From: Candidatus Latescibacterota bacterium
GTDB lineage: Bacteria; Latescibacterota; UBA2968; UBA8231
Assembly: GCA_965203175.1 (NCBI GenBank)
Contig: OZ241867.1
Coordinates: 960,001 to 1,024,000 of the forward strand
Reading direction: 5' to 3'
DNA: 64,000 nt
The position numbers were made by a program, and so were the translations under genes. Shown here in pieces: positions 44,770 to 55,269 of this stretch. Numbering within the stretch: the stretch's first letter is position 1; every line of letters starts with the position of its first letter. The notes beneath the pieces were generated by a model. It was not told where the DNA came from. It ran no database searches and saw nothing but the letters and a program-made list of their open reading frames with translations.

Positions 44770-47079
44770 GTGTCGCCATTCCGCCTCTTACCCTTAGCAC
44801 TGTGCATGCTCGTGCCATTAAGCAGCCCCATTCGCGCCGAGCACCTAGTTATGACTTCGGCGGATATATGGGAAAACTGGGTGTACCCCCCCGGCGTTTT
44901 GCACCTAGACGAAGCAGGCTCGCTGCGGCCGGTGCATATCGGCAAAGACATTGACCCGCTCTCTGCGGCTATTGTTCGCGGGGCCGGAGCGGCACCATCT
45001 ACTGCTGTCCGCGCCTTTGACGGAGACCCCGCTACTAGCTGGAGTCCTCCGCCGGGCACGGCCCCCAAAGACTGGTGGCTCGAGATCGACTTGGGGCAGG
45101 TGTTCCCCGTCCAACAGATTCGCCTAAGCTTTGCCGACAGCGCGCCGCCCTTGCCCTTTTTTAATCTCTCGCTCTCCAAGGGCGAGCGCTTTATCAACAG
45201 CGCCAACGTCGTCGTCGAAGGCACCCTACTCTACAGCCACAGCCAGCGCTTCGCCTTCAACGAGGTGCGCGATGTCGCGATCAATCTCGACGACGAACTC
45301 GTCCAAGTTCTCCGCATCGAAGCCACTCGCGAAATAACCGGTGCGCCCGCGCTCGCCGAAATCCAAATCAGGGCCTTTGGCGACAATATCGCCTTTGACC
45401 TGATTGCCAAAGGCGGCACTGTCGATGTCGAGGCGGCCGTCGTCGCCGTGGCCGGCATTCCTTCGGTCATGTTCGACGGCGACCTCTCGACCATGTGGCG
45501 CGTCAACCCCCTCGCCAAAGGCTCCAGCGGCGACAGCGAGACCTTCGGCGATTACCGCATCGATCTAGGGGCGACCTACTGGATCGATTCGGTCTGGCTC
45601 TTGGGTGAGCCGTTGGGCATTCCGCCGCGGAAACGGCATCACTACGCCAACTTCCTCTCCTATCAGATGCAGTACTCCGACGGCTCGCTAGCACCTGACG
45701 GCTCGCTGGCTTGGCAGGCGTTAGCCTCTATTCCCCCCGATCCTCGCTACCTCTTCGATGTGCGCAACTTTCGCCACGATGTCCCCCTAATCGCCGCCCG
45801 CTACCTGCGTTTGATCTACCCCACTAGCCAAGGCGGCAACATCATCGGCGGTGGCCTGTCGGGCAGCGATATCGCCAACACCGGTCGCTTGGACGGGCTG
45901 GGCCTAGTCAGCGAGTTCCAAGTGTACGGCGAGGGGTACCCCGCCCGCGTCGTCCTGCGCTCGCCCGTTATCGACCTCGGCTCCAATTGGAATATCACGG
46001 CAATTGAGTGGGAAATTGACGCACCGCTCGGGGCTCTGTTCGCCTTGCGCAGCCGCACCGGCGACCACGTCGTCGAGCAGATGCGCTATTTCGACAAAAA
46101 CGGCAAAGAGGTTACCAAAAGGCGCTACGAAAAGCTGATCGCCTCGTTTCGCGGCCCCATCGAAACCACGCTCCAACCGGGCGATGGCTGGAGCGTGTGG
46201 AGCGAGGAATACCTCCGTACGGGCACCCGCTTCCGCTCGCCTTCGCCCCGGCGCTACGTCCAGCTCGAAGCCGAGCTGCGCGCCGACAGCCCGCAGGCCG
46301 GCATTGCCCTCGACGCGCTTGCCTTGATCTACTCTCGTCCTTTGGCGCGCACCGCGGTTGGCGAAGTCCACCCCGCGCGCGTCGAACCGGGCGAGCAAAC
46401 CGACTTCACGTACTTCCTCCGCCCAGAATTCGCTCGCGACAGCCAGGGCTTTGAGGCCATCGCCCTCGAAGCCTCGGTGCCCCTCGCGTTCCGCGCCCTG
46501 CAAATCGACGACGCGACAATCAATGTCGAAGTGGAAGAGACAAATGCGGGCCTCCGCTTGCATTTGCCCAAGCGAATCTCGGCCGCCGAGCGCGTCGAGC
46601 TAGATTTTGCCGCCACTGTCTTCCAAAACAATACCCGCTTCCGCGCCTTTCTAGAGCGCGAAAGCGGGCTTGACACCCTGCGTCAGCAGGTCGATCCAGG
46701 CGATGCAATTCCCGATTTAGCGGGAGCGGGCGACGCGGTGTCGCTGCCCGTGGACGAGAGCTTACTCTCGCGCCTAGACATAGGCGCGGGGATTTTTACT
46801 CCCAACGGCGACGGCGTCAACGACGCGCTGGCCATCTCTTTCGACGTGCTCAAGGTCCTAGACGCCCGCCCCATTGAAGCCCGCGTCTATGACCTGCGCG
46901 GCCAGCTAGTCCGCACGCTGCGAGATGCCGCCGGCGTGGCCGGCCACTATCAGCTAACTTGGGACGGCCGCCGCGACTCCGGCGCGCTAGCCCCGCCCGG
47001 CCTTTACCTCTTCCGCTTGCAGATCGCTGGCGACTCCGCCACCCGCACCTTGGTCCGCAGTATCGGCCTGAGCTACTAA
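44770..47079 (+). CDS. Third large secreted paralog with discoidin-like modules and CHU_C/FlgD-like tail
   Basis: Signal peptide; FDGDPATSW, EIDLG, IDLGATYWID, SPVIDLG, WSVWS, SPSPRRYVQ, FTPNGDGVND, WDGR..G.LAPPGLY. Confidence 0.88.
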   Translation: MSPFRLLPLALCMLVPLSSPIRAEHLVMTSADIWENWVYPPGVLHLDEAGSLRPVHIGKDIDPLSAAIVRGAGAAPSTAVRAFDGDPATSWSPPPGTAPKDWWLEIDLGQVFPVQQIRLSFADSAPPLPFFNLSLSKGERFINSANVVVEGTLLYSHSQRFAFNEVRDVAINLDDELVQVLRIEATREITGAPALAEIQIRAFGDNIAFDLIAKGGTVDVEAAVVAVAGIPSVMFDGDLSTMWRVNPLAKGSSGDSETFGDYRIDLGATYWIDSVWLLGEPLGIPPRKRHHYANFLSYQMQYSDGSLAPDGSLAWQALASIPPDPRYLFDVRNFRHDVPLIAARYLRLIYPTSQGGNIIGGGLSGSDIANTGRLDGLGLVSEFQVYGEGYPARVVLRSPVIDLGSNWNITAIEWEIDAPLGALFALRSRTGDHVVEQMRYFDKNGKEVTKRRYEKLIASFRGPIETTLQPGDGWSVWSEEYLRTGTRFRSPSPRRYVQLEAELRADSPQAGIALDALALIYSRPLARTAVGEVHPARVEPGEQTDFTYFLRPEFARDSQGFEAIALEASVPLAFRALQIDDATINVEVEETNAGLRLHLPKRISAAERVELDFAATVFQNNTRFRAFLERESGLDTLRQQVDPGDAIPDLAGAGDAVSLPVDESLLSRLDIGAGIFTPNGDGVNDALAISFDVLKVLDARPIEARVYDLRGQLVRTLRDAAGVAGHYQLTWDGRRDSGALAPPGLYLFRLQIAGDSATRTLVRSIGLSY

Positions 47080-47636
47080 ACGCCTAGCTCGCGCATCAGC
47101 GCCCCGTGCGAGCCACCGTGCAGTTCGGGTCGCATATAGACCTTGCGCACGTAGTCGAGCCCGCCGGACAAATGCTCAAACTGCTCCTCTAGGGCACCGA
47201 AGAGCCGCGCTTGCGACACAAAGCCGAGCTGGGCCAACTCGGCTGCCGCCCCATAAGCCCTTCTGCCCTGCTCCAAGTAGTAGCCGCCAAGCCCCTGCCG
47301 CTCGACCCACGTGCGGAAGAGCCCAGTGGTAAAAAGCGCGTAGTCGCCTACGTGTCGGCGGATATCCATCTCGCGGTCGAAGGACCAACGCCGTTCTGGT
47401 TGCCGCTGTCGCCCGAGTTCCACCAACATCTCGGCGATGGTTTCAAGTGGCTGGCCGCGCAGATCGCGGATGCGGTAGAGCTGATCGGTGCGCGCAAAGC
47501 TCACCAACAGATCGACGACGTACTCGACTACTTCGCGGTCGGCAATGCCCAACGAAGTGAACCCAGGAAAAACCAAACGTTGGAAAAAAGACCGTAGTCC
47601 GGACGGCGAGATCGGCTTTGTAATGCGACGCGGCAT
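47076..47636 (-). CDS. Hypothetical helical protein
   Basis: 186-aa ORF directly downstream of the porin gene; motifs YVVDLL, RRHVGDYALF.TGLF, YY..GR.AY. Confidence 0.75.
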   Translation of the reverse strand: MPRRITKPISPSGLRSFFQRLVFPGFTSLGIADREVVEYVVDLLVSFARTDQLYRIRDLRGQPLETIAEMLVELGRQRQPERRWSFDREMDIRRHVGDYALFTTGLFRTWVERQGLGGYYLEQGRRAYGAAAELAQLGFVSQARLFGALEEQFEHLSGGLDYVRKVYMRPELHGGSHGALMRELGV

Positions 47637-47657
47637 GTCGTATCAAAAACGTTCAGG

Positions 47658-48920
47658 TCAGAAAGTTGTGTTGGTCATAAGGTAAGTAAAGGTCATATCC
47701 CCGTTCCAGTCCTCAATCGAATCTTTGTAACGAGTAACGCTGGTCATGCTGTCGTCGGCTATCACTCGCGAAAGTCCGGCGACCACGGTAAAACCGGGGC
47801 GGTATTTGTAGGTAAGCGTCAAATCGACTTCCTCGCCCAAATGACTCGACTCCAAGTCGCCCTTTTGCGCTGTGCGGAAAGAGTGCCCGTGGACTCCGAG
47901 GGAGACCTGATCACTCAACGGCAACGCCGCCTTGAGCGCTAGGTCCTGCAGTCCGAGCCCGCCCGTGTGGACCGGGATATTGAGAAACAAATCGGCGTAC
48001 CCATAGTACTTGTGATTGGTCGCAAAGAGCGTGTCAAAGACCTTGGTCTTGTCATCGGCCAGATCGTCGTCGCCAGACAGGTAATCGTACCACAAAGTGA
48101 GGTCTAGCCCGCCTAAAGACCCGCCAATGCGCCCACCGAACATGAAGGCCGATACGTCTTGGGCGCTGCGCTGACCGGTCTGGAAAGAACCCTCGAAACG
48201 GTAGGAGTACGCCGTCTTCTTCCCCGCCAAGCGCGCCCCCATAGTGACCTGATCCGTGTCTTTAGCTCCGTCCTTGTTGTAGAGCGCGTAGAGGTCCAAG
48301 CTGCCAGCCGGCAGTTGCTCCAAGGTCGCGTACGCACCCGTCAAATAGGCGTCGTCTGCAAACTGAGCCGAGGTCGAGTCCGACTCGGTCACCTGAATCG
48401 CCGTCAGGTTCACCTGTCCCCAAGAGGGTGCCAACAGCAGTTGCAGACCGTCGAAAACCCGGCCTTGCTGGGTCCACTCGACCGCGCCGATCAGCCGCTG
48501 ACCACCAAGGGCGACGATCTGACGGCCAATTTTGAGCGAGTGGTCGCCGTCGCCCAGTTTCTTCAGGTGGACATAACCCTGATGCAGGTCAAACTTATCG
48601 GCGCTGTAATCCGTCAGGGTATTCTTTTCCTCACCCCACAAGCGCACATCTTGGAGCTGGATCATCAGATCGACATCGCTATCGAGCGAGGCCACCATCT
48701 GGGTTCGCACCCGCATGGAGGTGAAGGAGTCGTAGTTGTTTGCAAATGGATCGCGGAACTCGTAGCGCGGCCGAATCTGGCCACCCCAGACAATCGCGGC
48801 CCCCATGCGGGAGCCGGACTGCTCTTTTTTAGCGTAGCTGGCGCTGGATGCAACTACGCTCAAAAGAAATGCGGAATAGATTGCAAGACGCACGGCGTTC
48901 CTCCGACGTAAAGATGGCAT
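47658..48920 (-). CDS. Alginate-export-family outer-membrane porin
   Basis: GQIRPRYE, QDVRLWG, LHQGY, GRQ....GQRLIG..EW, SGDD, F.TLF.TNHKYYG.AD, terminal Phe. Confidence 0.88.
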   Translation of the reverse strand: MPSLRRRNAVRLAIYSAFLLSVVASSASYAKKEQSGSRMGAAIVWGGQIRPRYEFRDPFANNYDSFTSMRVRTQMVASLDSDVDLMIQLQDVRLWGEEKNTLTDYSADKFDLHQGYVHLKKLGDGDHSLKIGRQIVALGGQRLIGAVEWTQQGRVFDGLQLLLAPSWGQVNLTAIQVTESDSTSAQFADDAYLTGAYATLEQLPAGSLDLYALYNKDGAKDTDQVTMGARLAGKKTAYSYRFEGSFQTGQRSAQDVSAFMFGGRIGGSLGGLDLTLWYDYLSGDDDLADDKTKVFDTLFATNHKYYGYADLFLNIPVHTGGLGLQDLALKAALPLSDQVSLGVHGHSFRTAQKGDLESSHLGEEVDLTLTYKYRPGFTVVAGLSRVIADDSMTSVTRYKDSIEDWNGDMTFTYLMTNTTF

Positions 48921-48952
48921 GGATGTAGATTAAGTTAAACCGCGAATCTCGG

Positions 48953-49798
48953 TCAAGCTACCTGCTTTGGGGCGGTTTCGTCTAGAGTTTCCCGTTCCTC
49001 ATCCGGTACTGCGCCCGGTTCGACCAACGCCGGGCCGTCGAGGAAGCGCAGTAGGTGGCCGCGCAAATCGTAGAAGTGCTCGTGCTCACACACCGTGCGT
49101 CGATCTCGCGGCCGCGGGAATTCCACCGGCAGAACGTCGCCGACCTTGGCCTGCGGGCCGCTGGTCATCATCACTACGCGGTCGGAGAGAAAAAGCGCCT
49201 CATCCACATCGTGGGTCACCATGATTGCGGTAATCCGGTCTCGCCGCCAGACCTCCAACAGCACGTCTTGCAGCTCGGTGCGAGTCAGCGAATCGAGCAT
49301 TCCAAATGGCTCGTCGAGCAGCAGTAGCTTGGGCTTGAGCGCAAAGGCGCGGGCAATCCCCACGCGCTGGCGCATCCCCTGCGATAACTCGGCCGCGCGC
49401 TTGTCGAGCGCGTCAACCAAGCCCACGCGGTTGAGATAGTACTCGGCTATTTCCCGTCGCTCGCGCTTGCTGCCGTGCGGAAAGACTTGTTCGACGCCGA
49501 GCAGCACATTCTCCATGGCCGTCATCCACGGAAACAGACTCGGCGACTGGAAGACCATCCCACGGTCGGGTCCCGGTCCGGTAACCCGGCGTCCGTCTAT
49601 GTAAATGGCCCCGTCGGAGATCTTGTTGAGGCCGGCGATCATCGACAGCACCGTTGACTTGCCGCAGCCCGAGTGGCCAATGATGGAGACGAATTCTCCT
49701 TGTTCAATCCGCAAATCAAAGCCCTTGACCACGGCCATTGGCCCATCGACCGTCGGATAGACCTTGGCGAGATTCGCGAATTCAATATACGCATTCAT
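48953..49798 (-). CDS. nrtD: Nitrate ABC transporter ATP-binding subunit
   Basis: [36 protein letters not shown]. Confidence 0.88.
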   Translation of the reverse strand: MNAYIEFANLAKVYPTVDGPMAVVKGFDLRIEQGEFVSIIGHSGCGKSTVLSMIAGLNKISDGAIYIDGRRVTGPGPDRGMVFQSPSLFPWMTAMENVLLGVEQVFPHGSKRERREIAEYYLNRVGLVDALDKRAAELSQGMRQRVGIARAFALKPKLLLLDEPFGMLDSLTRTELQDVLLEVWRRDRITAIMVTHDVDEALFLSDRVVMMTSGPQAKVGDVLPVEFPRPRDRRTVCEHEHFYDLRGHLLRFLDGPALVEPGAVPDEERETLDETAPKQVA

Positions 49799-50658
49799 CG
49801 AGACTGCTCCATAGGTTCTAGATTGGGTAACGCAAGTTCCTTGAACTCAGCGTGCTGAGCCAACCCTTGGTCGGGCCGCACTTCGAGCAAATAACTGTTG
49901 ATGGCGTTGCGGACGACTTTGTAGCCGACATCGCTATTGAGCTCGGTGCGGTCGCGGGGCCGGTCCAGTTCCACCTGAAAATGGGGCCCTAGCGTCGCGG
50001 CCTGCGACGCGGCTCCGGGCTTGAGCGGGATGATGCGGTCGGCGAGGACCAAGCCCTCGTCAACGTCGTTGGTGATCAGCACTGCGGTCTTGCGCTCCTC
50101 GCGCCAGATCTTCTCAATCTCGGCCTGCAAGGTGCCCCGCGTCAGCGCATCGAGGGCGCTGAGCGGCTCATCCATCAGCAAAATCTCTGGGTCCATCGCC
50201 AAGGCGCGCGCAACGGCTACCCGCTGGCGCATGCCCCCTGAAAGCTCAACCGGCCGCTTTTGCAGTGCCGGCGTCAGATGGACCATCTCGACGTAGCGCT
50301 CGACGTGGGCGCGGCGCTTTTTCGCTGGCCAAGCGGAGAAGAGGTGATTGACTACCAAGGCTACGTTGCCATAGACGGTCAGCCACGGCAGCAGCGAATA
50401 GTTCTGGAAGATGACGCCGCGCTCGGGACCGGGGCCGACGATCGGTTTGCCGTCGATGAGGATTTCGCCCTCGTCAGGGTCGCTTAGACCGGCGATCAGC
50501 GAGATCAGCGTGGTTTTGCCGCTACCTGAAAAACCGACGATGGCCACGAATTCTCCCCGTTCGATCTCCAAGCTGACGTTCGCGAGCACCTCGGTGCGCT
50601 CGGCACCTTCGCCATAGGCTTTGCTGACATTGCGCAATTCGAGAAAAGCCATGCCCAT
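49795..50658 (-). CDS. nrtC: Nitrate ABC transporter ATP-binding subunit
   Basis: [37 protein letters not shown]; H-loop reads TNDVDE. Confidence 0.85.
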   Translation of the reverse strand: MGMAFLELRNVSKAYGEGAERTEVLANVSLEIERGEFVAIVGFSGSGKTTLISLIAGLSDPDEGEILIDGKPIVGPGPERGVIFQNYSLLPWLTVYGNVALVVNHLFSAWPAKKRRAHVERYVEMVHLTPALQKRPVELSGGMRQRVAVARALAMDPEILLMDEPLSALDALTRGTLQAEIEKIWREERKTAVLITNDVDEGLVLADRIIPLKPGAASQAATLGPHFQVELDRPRDRTELNSDVGYKVVRNAINSYLLEVRPDQGLAQHAEFKELALPNLEPMEQSR

Positions 50659-50662
50659 GCCC

Positions 50663-51688
50663 TCAGGTGCCGACCGGCTCGTCGCCGAAGCTGACTAGCT
50701 TGTGCAGGATGACCATCGCCCGGTCGAGCATAAAGCCGATAAAGCCAATGGTCAGCACGGCCACCAAGATCCGCGCCAACGAGTGGCTGCTGCCGTTTTG
50801 AAACTCGTCCCACACGAACTTGCCCAAGCCTGGGTTTTGTGCCAACATCTCCGCGGCGATCAGTACCATCCAGCCGACGCCGAGCGAGATGCGCAGGCCC
50901 GTGAAGATGTAGGGCAGCGAGGCCGGCAGGACGATCTTAAAAATCCGGTCTTTGACCCCGAGGTTGAGCACCCGCGCCACATTGACGTAATCCTGACTTA
51001 GCGACGACACGCCCAAGGCGGTGTTGATCAGCGCTGGCCACAGCGAGCACAGCGACACAGTGACCGCCGAATTGATAAAGGACTTTGCAAAAAGTCCGTC
51101 GTTGGTCGTGTAGAGGGCACTGACCACCATCGTCACTAGCGGCAGCCAAGCCAGCGGCGACACGGGCTTGAATATCTGGATCAATGGATTAAACGCGTTC
51201 ATCACCGTGCGACTCATGCCGCAAAACAGGCCGAGTGGTACGGCCACCAGTGCAGCCAGCACAAAGCCGGCGAAAACCGTGTACAGGCTAGTGCCGATCT
51301 GGTCCAGATACGTCGGCTTGCCGGTGTATCGGCGAATCTTGACTTGGGCTTGTGGGTTTGCGGCCAATTTCTCGGCGTTGCGCTTTTCCTGCCGCTCGTA
51401 GAACGCCTGCGCTTTTTCCCGTTCTTCCACGTGCTCTTCCCACAGGCCTACCGCCTGCTGGTAGGCCTGCGTCGGCCCGGGGATATTGCCCAAGCTGGTC
51501 TCGATTTGGGCGGCGATCAACGACCACAGCATCAGGAAGGTGACGAACGCGCTCACGGGCACGCCGATCAGGGTCCAGATGTCGCGGACCTGCTGGCCGG
51601 GATTTTCCCCGGCGGCTAGTTTGACCACCGGCGTCAGCCAAGTCAGCCCGACGAAAATGAGGATTTTGTTCAGCTTATCGACTAGCAA
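50663..51688 (-). CDS. nrtB: Nitrate ABC transporter permease
   Basis: [47 protein letters not shown]. Confidence 0.92.
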   Translation of the reverse strand: MLVDKLNKILIFVGLTWLTPVVKLAAGENPGQQVRDIWTLIGVPVSAFVTFLMLWSLIAAQIETSLGNIPGPTQAYQQAVGLWEEHVEEREKAQAFYERQEKRNAEKLAANPQAQVKIRRYTGKPTYLDQIGTSLYTVFAGFVLAALVAVPLGLFCGMSRTVMNAFNPLIQIFKPVSPLAWLPLVTMVVSALYTTNDGLFAKSFINSAVTVSLCSLWPALINTALGVSSLSQDYVNVARVLNLGVKDRIFKIVLPASLPYIFTGLRISLGVGWMVLIAAEMLAQNPGLGKFVWDEFQNGSSHSLARILVAVLTIGFIGFMLDRAMVILHKLVSFGDEPVGT

Positions 51689-51699
51689 TCTACCGCCTC

Positions 51700-53064
51700 C
51701 TATTTCATCGACGTTTTGGTGTAGTCGTCCTTGATACCCACGCGAAATTTGTGCAGATAGGCGTTGGGCTGGCGACCGTCGTACTCGACTCCATCTATAA
51801 AGTCGCTGGTCGGCTCCTTGTAGCCGTCGGTTTGGGGAATCTCGTCGGCTGTCAAGTAACCATCCTCCACGAGCAGAGCTGCGGCCTCGTGCCAGATGTC
51901 GGGCCGGTAGATCTCCTTAATCGTCGCGTGATACCAAGAGTCGGGTTTGGGGGCGTCGATCTGGCCCCAGCGCCGCATCTGGGTCAAGAACCAAATGCCG
52001 TCGCTGTAGAAAGGGTACGTGGCGGCGTAGCGGTAGAACACATTGAAGTCCGGCATTGCGCGCTTGTCGCCCTTTTCAAACTCAAAAGTGCCGGTCATGC
52101 TGTTGGCGATGACCTCAAAGTCAGCGCCGACATACTCCGAGCGGGAGAGGATCCGCGCCGCTTCAACGCGGTTTTTTGGCTCGCCATCTTCGCCTTCCTC
52201 GTCGAGCCACTTGCCAGCGCGAATTAGCGCCTTGACCACCGCTTTGTGCGTGTTGGGGTGCTTGTCGGCCCAAGCCTTGCTGACGCCAAAGACCTTTTCC
52301 GGATTGTTCTTCCACACGTCGTAGTTGGTCGTCACCGGCACGCCAATGCCCTTGAACACGGCCTGTTGGTTCCACGGTTCGCCCACGCAGTACCCGTAGA
52401 TGGTGCCCGCTTCCAAGGTCGCCGGCATCTGCGGCGGCGGCGTCACCGACAGCAGCACATCGGCATCGGTCATGCCGGTTATGTCCTCGCTAGTGTAGTA
52501 ACCCGGACTAATGCCGGCGGCGGCCAGCCAGTAGCGCAGCTCGTAATTGTGCGTCGAAACCGGAAAGACTATGCCCATCTTGAACCCGCGGCCCTCGTCT
52601 CGGTAGGCTTCCACAATCGGCTTGAGCGCATCGGCCTTGATCGGGTGGGTCGGCTTGCCGTCTGCGCGCTTGGGCACGTGGGGCTTCATTTGCTCCCAGA
52701 CCTCGTTGGCGACCGTGATGCCATTGCCGTTGAGATCCATGCTGCAGGCGGTAATAATGTGGGCTTGAGTGCCAAAGCCAATGGTCGCGCCAATCGGCTG
52801 TCCGGCCAGCATGTGCGCCCCGTCTAGTTCGCCGTCGATGACGCGGTCGAGCAGCACCTTCCAATTGGCCTGCGCCTCCAAGGTGACGAAAAGCCCCTCA
52901 TCCTCGAAGAAGAACTGCTCCTTGGCAATGACCAAAGGCGCGCAGTCGGTCAGCTTGATGAAACCGAACTTGAGTTCGTCTTTTTCTAATGCTAGTTCCC
53001 CAGCACCGATTCCCTCGGCGCAGGACAAGACGGCCAAGGCAACGGCTGCGATAACTGCTTTCAT
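51700..53064 (-). CDS. nrtA: CmpA/NrtA-family nitrate-binding protein
   Basis: [55 protein letters not shown]; ATG 53064 after GAGGAG. Confidence 0.93.
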   Translation of the reverse strand: MKAVIAAVALAVLSCAEGIGAGELALEKDELKFGFIKLTDCAPLVIAKEQFFFEDEGLFVTLEAQANWKVLLDRVIDGELDGAHMLAGQPIGATIGFGTQAHIITACSMDLNGNGITVANEVWEQMKPHVPKRADGKPTHPIKADALKPIVEAYRDEGRGFKMGIVFPVSTHNYELRYWLAAAGISPGYYTSEDITGMTDADVLLSVTPPPQMPATLEAGTIYGYCVGEPWNQQAVFKGIGVPVTTNYDVWKNNPEKVFGVSKAWADKHPNTHKAVVKALIRAGKWLDEEGEDGEPKNRVEAARILSRSEYVGADFEVIANSMTGTFEFEKGDKRAMPDFNVFYRYAATYPFYSDGIWFLTQMRRWGQIDAPKPDSWYHATIKEIYRPDIWHEAAALLVEDGYLTADEIPQTDGYKEPTSDFIDGVEYDGRQPNAYLHKFRVGIKDDYTKTSMK

Positions 53065-53071
53065 AATCTCC

Positions 53072-55258
53072 TCATTTAGCGGTGGTTTTTTCGACTCGTT
53101 CAATGCGCACGGCGCACTGCTTGTAGTTGGGCTCGCGCGACTTCGGGCAGAACGCCGGGAGGGTGAGTTGGTTGACGCACTGCTCGGCAAAGTGAAAGGG
53201 CACAAAGAGTTGGTCTGGATGGATCGTCTCGGTAATCCGCAGCAGCAAGCCCTCGACGCGCCCGCGTCTGGAGACCAAAGAGACGCGATTGCGCGGGCCA
53301 AGGCGGAAGCGCCGCGCGGTCTGCGGATGGATCTCGACCCAAGGCTCGGGCGAGAGCTTTTCCAGCATCGGCACGTCGCGGGTCTTGGTCCGCGTGTGCC
53401 AGTGCTCTACCGTGCGCCCGGTGTTGAGCAGAATGGGGTATTCGTCGTCCGGCGGCTCGGGTAGCGGCAGCGGCGCAGTGTACAACAACCGCGCCCGGCT
53501 GTCCTCGGTCGGGAAGCGACCGTCGGTGTACAGGCTGTCAACGCCCTCGGGATGCGCGTCGTTGCAGGGCCACTGAATCCCGCCCAAGGCGTCCATCTTC
53601 TCATAGCTCATGCCGCTGTAATCGCAGAGCTGTCCCTTGGATATTCGGCGCATTTCCGCGAACGCATCGGCCGAGCCGCGCCATCCGGGAAAGAGTTCGT
53701 CGCTGACCCCAAGCACTCGGGCCAAATCCATGAAAATATCGAAATCGGCCTTGGCTTCCCCAGGCGGCGACACGGCTTGCCGCACCCGGCTAGCGCGGCG
53801 CTCGCTGTTGGTATAACTGCCGCTCTTCTCGCCCCACACAGCCGTCGGCAGCACCAAGTCGGCCAGCTCGGTAGTAGGCGTCGGGTGGAAACCGTCTTGC
53901 ACTACGAGCAGATCGAGGCCAGCGAGCGCCTGGCGCAACCGCTCCTGATCGGGAAAGCTAGCCAGCGGATTGGTGGCAATCACCCACAGCGCCTTGATGC
54001 GGCCCGCTGTGATGGCGTCGATGATGTCGGGATAGGCCAGGCCGCGCTTTTGGGGCAGTCGTTCCGCGTCCAACCCCCACAACACCGCCAATTCCTCGCG
54101 GTCTGCTCGGCTCTCGAACTTGCGGTAGCCCGGCAGCGATGAGGCAAAACCAAACTCGCGGGTGCCCATGGCATTGCACTGGCCGGTGATGGACAACGGC
54201 GCAGCACCCGTGCGGCCGATATTGCCCGTAATCAGCGCGAGGGTGTTGATCAAGCTGACGGTATCCGTCCCTTGCGTCGAGTGATTGACGCCCATGGTCC
54301 ACGCAAAGAGGACGTTTTCGGCCTTGGCAATCGCCTCGAAGGCCGCCCAGATCGCTTCGGGACTTAAACCCGTGTGCTCCGCCACGACCTCGATGGGATA
54401 ATGACTAGCGTGTTCGGCCAGCGCCTCAAAACCAGTGGTATGAGCATCGACGAAGTCTCGATCGACATAGCCGTGCTCAATCACCAAGTTGATCAGGCCG
54501 TTGAGCAGATACACATCGCCGCGCGGCCGGATCGGCAGATAGAGGTCGGCAAACATCGCCGTCTTGGTCTTGCGCGGATCGCAGACGATCAGTTTGTAAT
54601 CTTCGTTCTGGTTGAGATGATGCCAGAGGATGGGGTGATTGTCGGCGATATTCGCACCGATCAAAAAAACCGTATCGGCCTCTCGCAAACCGCGATACGA
54701 TCCCGGCGGGCCGTCCGAGCCAAAGCTCTGTTTGTAACCAGCCACCGCCGAGCTCATGCACAGCGTGGTATTGCCGTCGTAACTGCTCGTGCCAAAGCCC
54801 AGTTGCACTAGCTTGCCTAGCGCGTAAAACTCCTCGGTGACGAGCTGGCCGGTTGACAACACGGCAAAACTCTCTTTGCCGTACTGCTCCTGAATCCGGC
54901 ACACCCGTCCCACCATCTCCTCGTAAGCCCGTTCCCAAGAGATGGGGTCGCCGTGCCACAGCGGGGCATGGGCGCGATTGGGGCTTTTCAGGGGCAGGTG
55001 CTCGCTCAAGCCTTTTGGACAGAGGCTGCCCTCGTTGACAGGGTGCTCCTCATCGCCGCGCACCGAGACGATTTCGTCTCCCTTGACGCCCACTACCATG
55101 CCGCAACCCACCGAGCAGTAGCCGCAGGTGGTCTTGACCCAGCGCTCGGGGATTTTCTTTTGCGACAGATATCCGTACTGAGGGTCGCGACCAAAGGCGT
55201 ACTCGTCCGCCTTAATGTCAAAGCCAAGAGATTCTTTGATTTTCTGTCCGAGTTTCAT
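53072..55258 (-). CDS. Molybdopterin nitrate reductase catalytic subunit (NasA/NarB-like, no Tat signal)
   Basis: CGYCSVGC...CPKG 4Fe-4S motif, TTLCMSSA Mo-Cys, MGVNHS.QG, GQCNAMG.RE, LNTGR..EHWHT.TKT; start 55258 or 55273. Confidence 0.9.
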   Translation of the reverse strand: MKLGQKIKESLGFDIKADEYAFGRDPQYGYLSQKKIPERWVKTTCGYCSVGCGMVVGVKGDEIVSVRGDEEHPVNEGSLCPKGLSEHLPLKSPNRAHAPLWHGDPISWERAYEEMVGRVCRIQEQYGKESFAVLSTGQLVTEEFYALGKLVQLGFGTSSYDGNTTLCMSSAVAGYKQSFGSDGPPGSYRGLREADTVFLIGANIADNHPILWHHLNQNEDYKLIVCDPRKTKTAMFADLYLPIRPRGDVYLLNGLINLVIEHGYVDRDFVDAHTTGFEALAEHASHYPIEVVAEHTGLSPEAIWAAFEAIAKAENVLFAWTMGVNHSTQGTDTVSLINTLALITGNIGRTGAAPLSITGQCNAMGTREFGFASSLPGYRKFESRADREELAVLWGLDAERLPQKRGLAYPDIIDAITAGRIKALWVIATNPLASFPDQERLRQALAGLDLLVVQDGFHPTPTTELADLVLPTAVWGEKSGSYTNSERRASRVRQAVSPPGEAKADFDIFMDLARVLGVSDELFPGWRGSADAFAEMRRISKGQLCDYSGMSYEKMDALGGIQWPCNDAHPEGVDSLYTDGRFPTEDSRARLLYTAPLPLPEPPDDEYPILLNTGRTVEHWHTRTKTRDVPMLEKLSPEPWVEIHPQTARRFRLGPRNRVSLVSRRGRVEGLLLRITETIHPDQLFVPFHFAEQCVNQLTLPAFCPKSREPNYKQCAVRIERVEKTTAK

Positions 55259-55269
55259 CGCTAGCCCCG

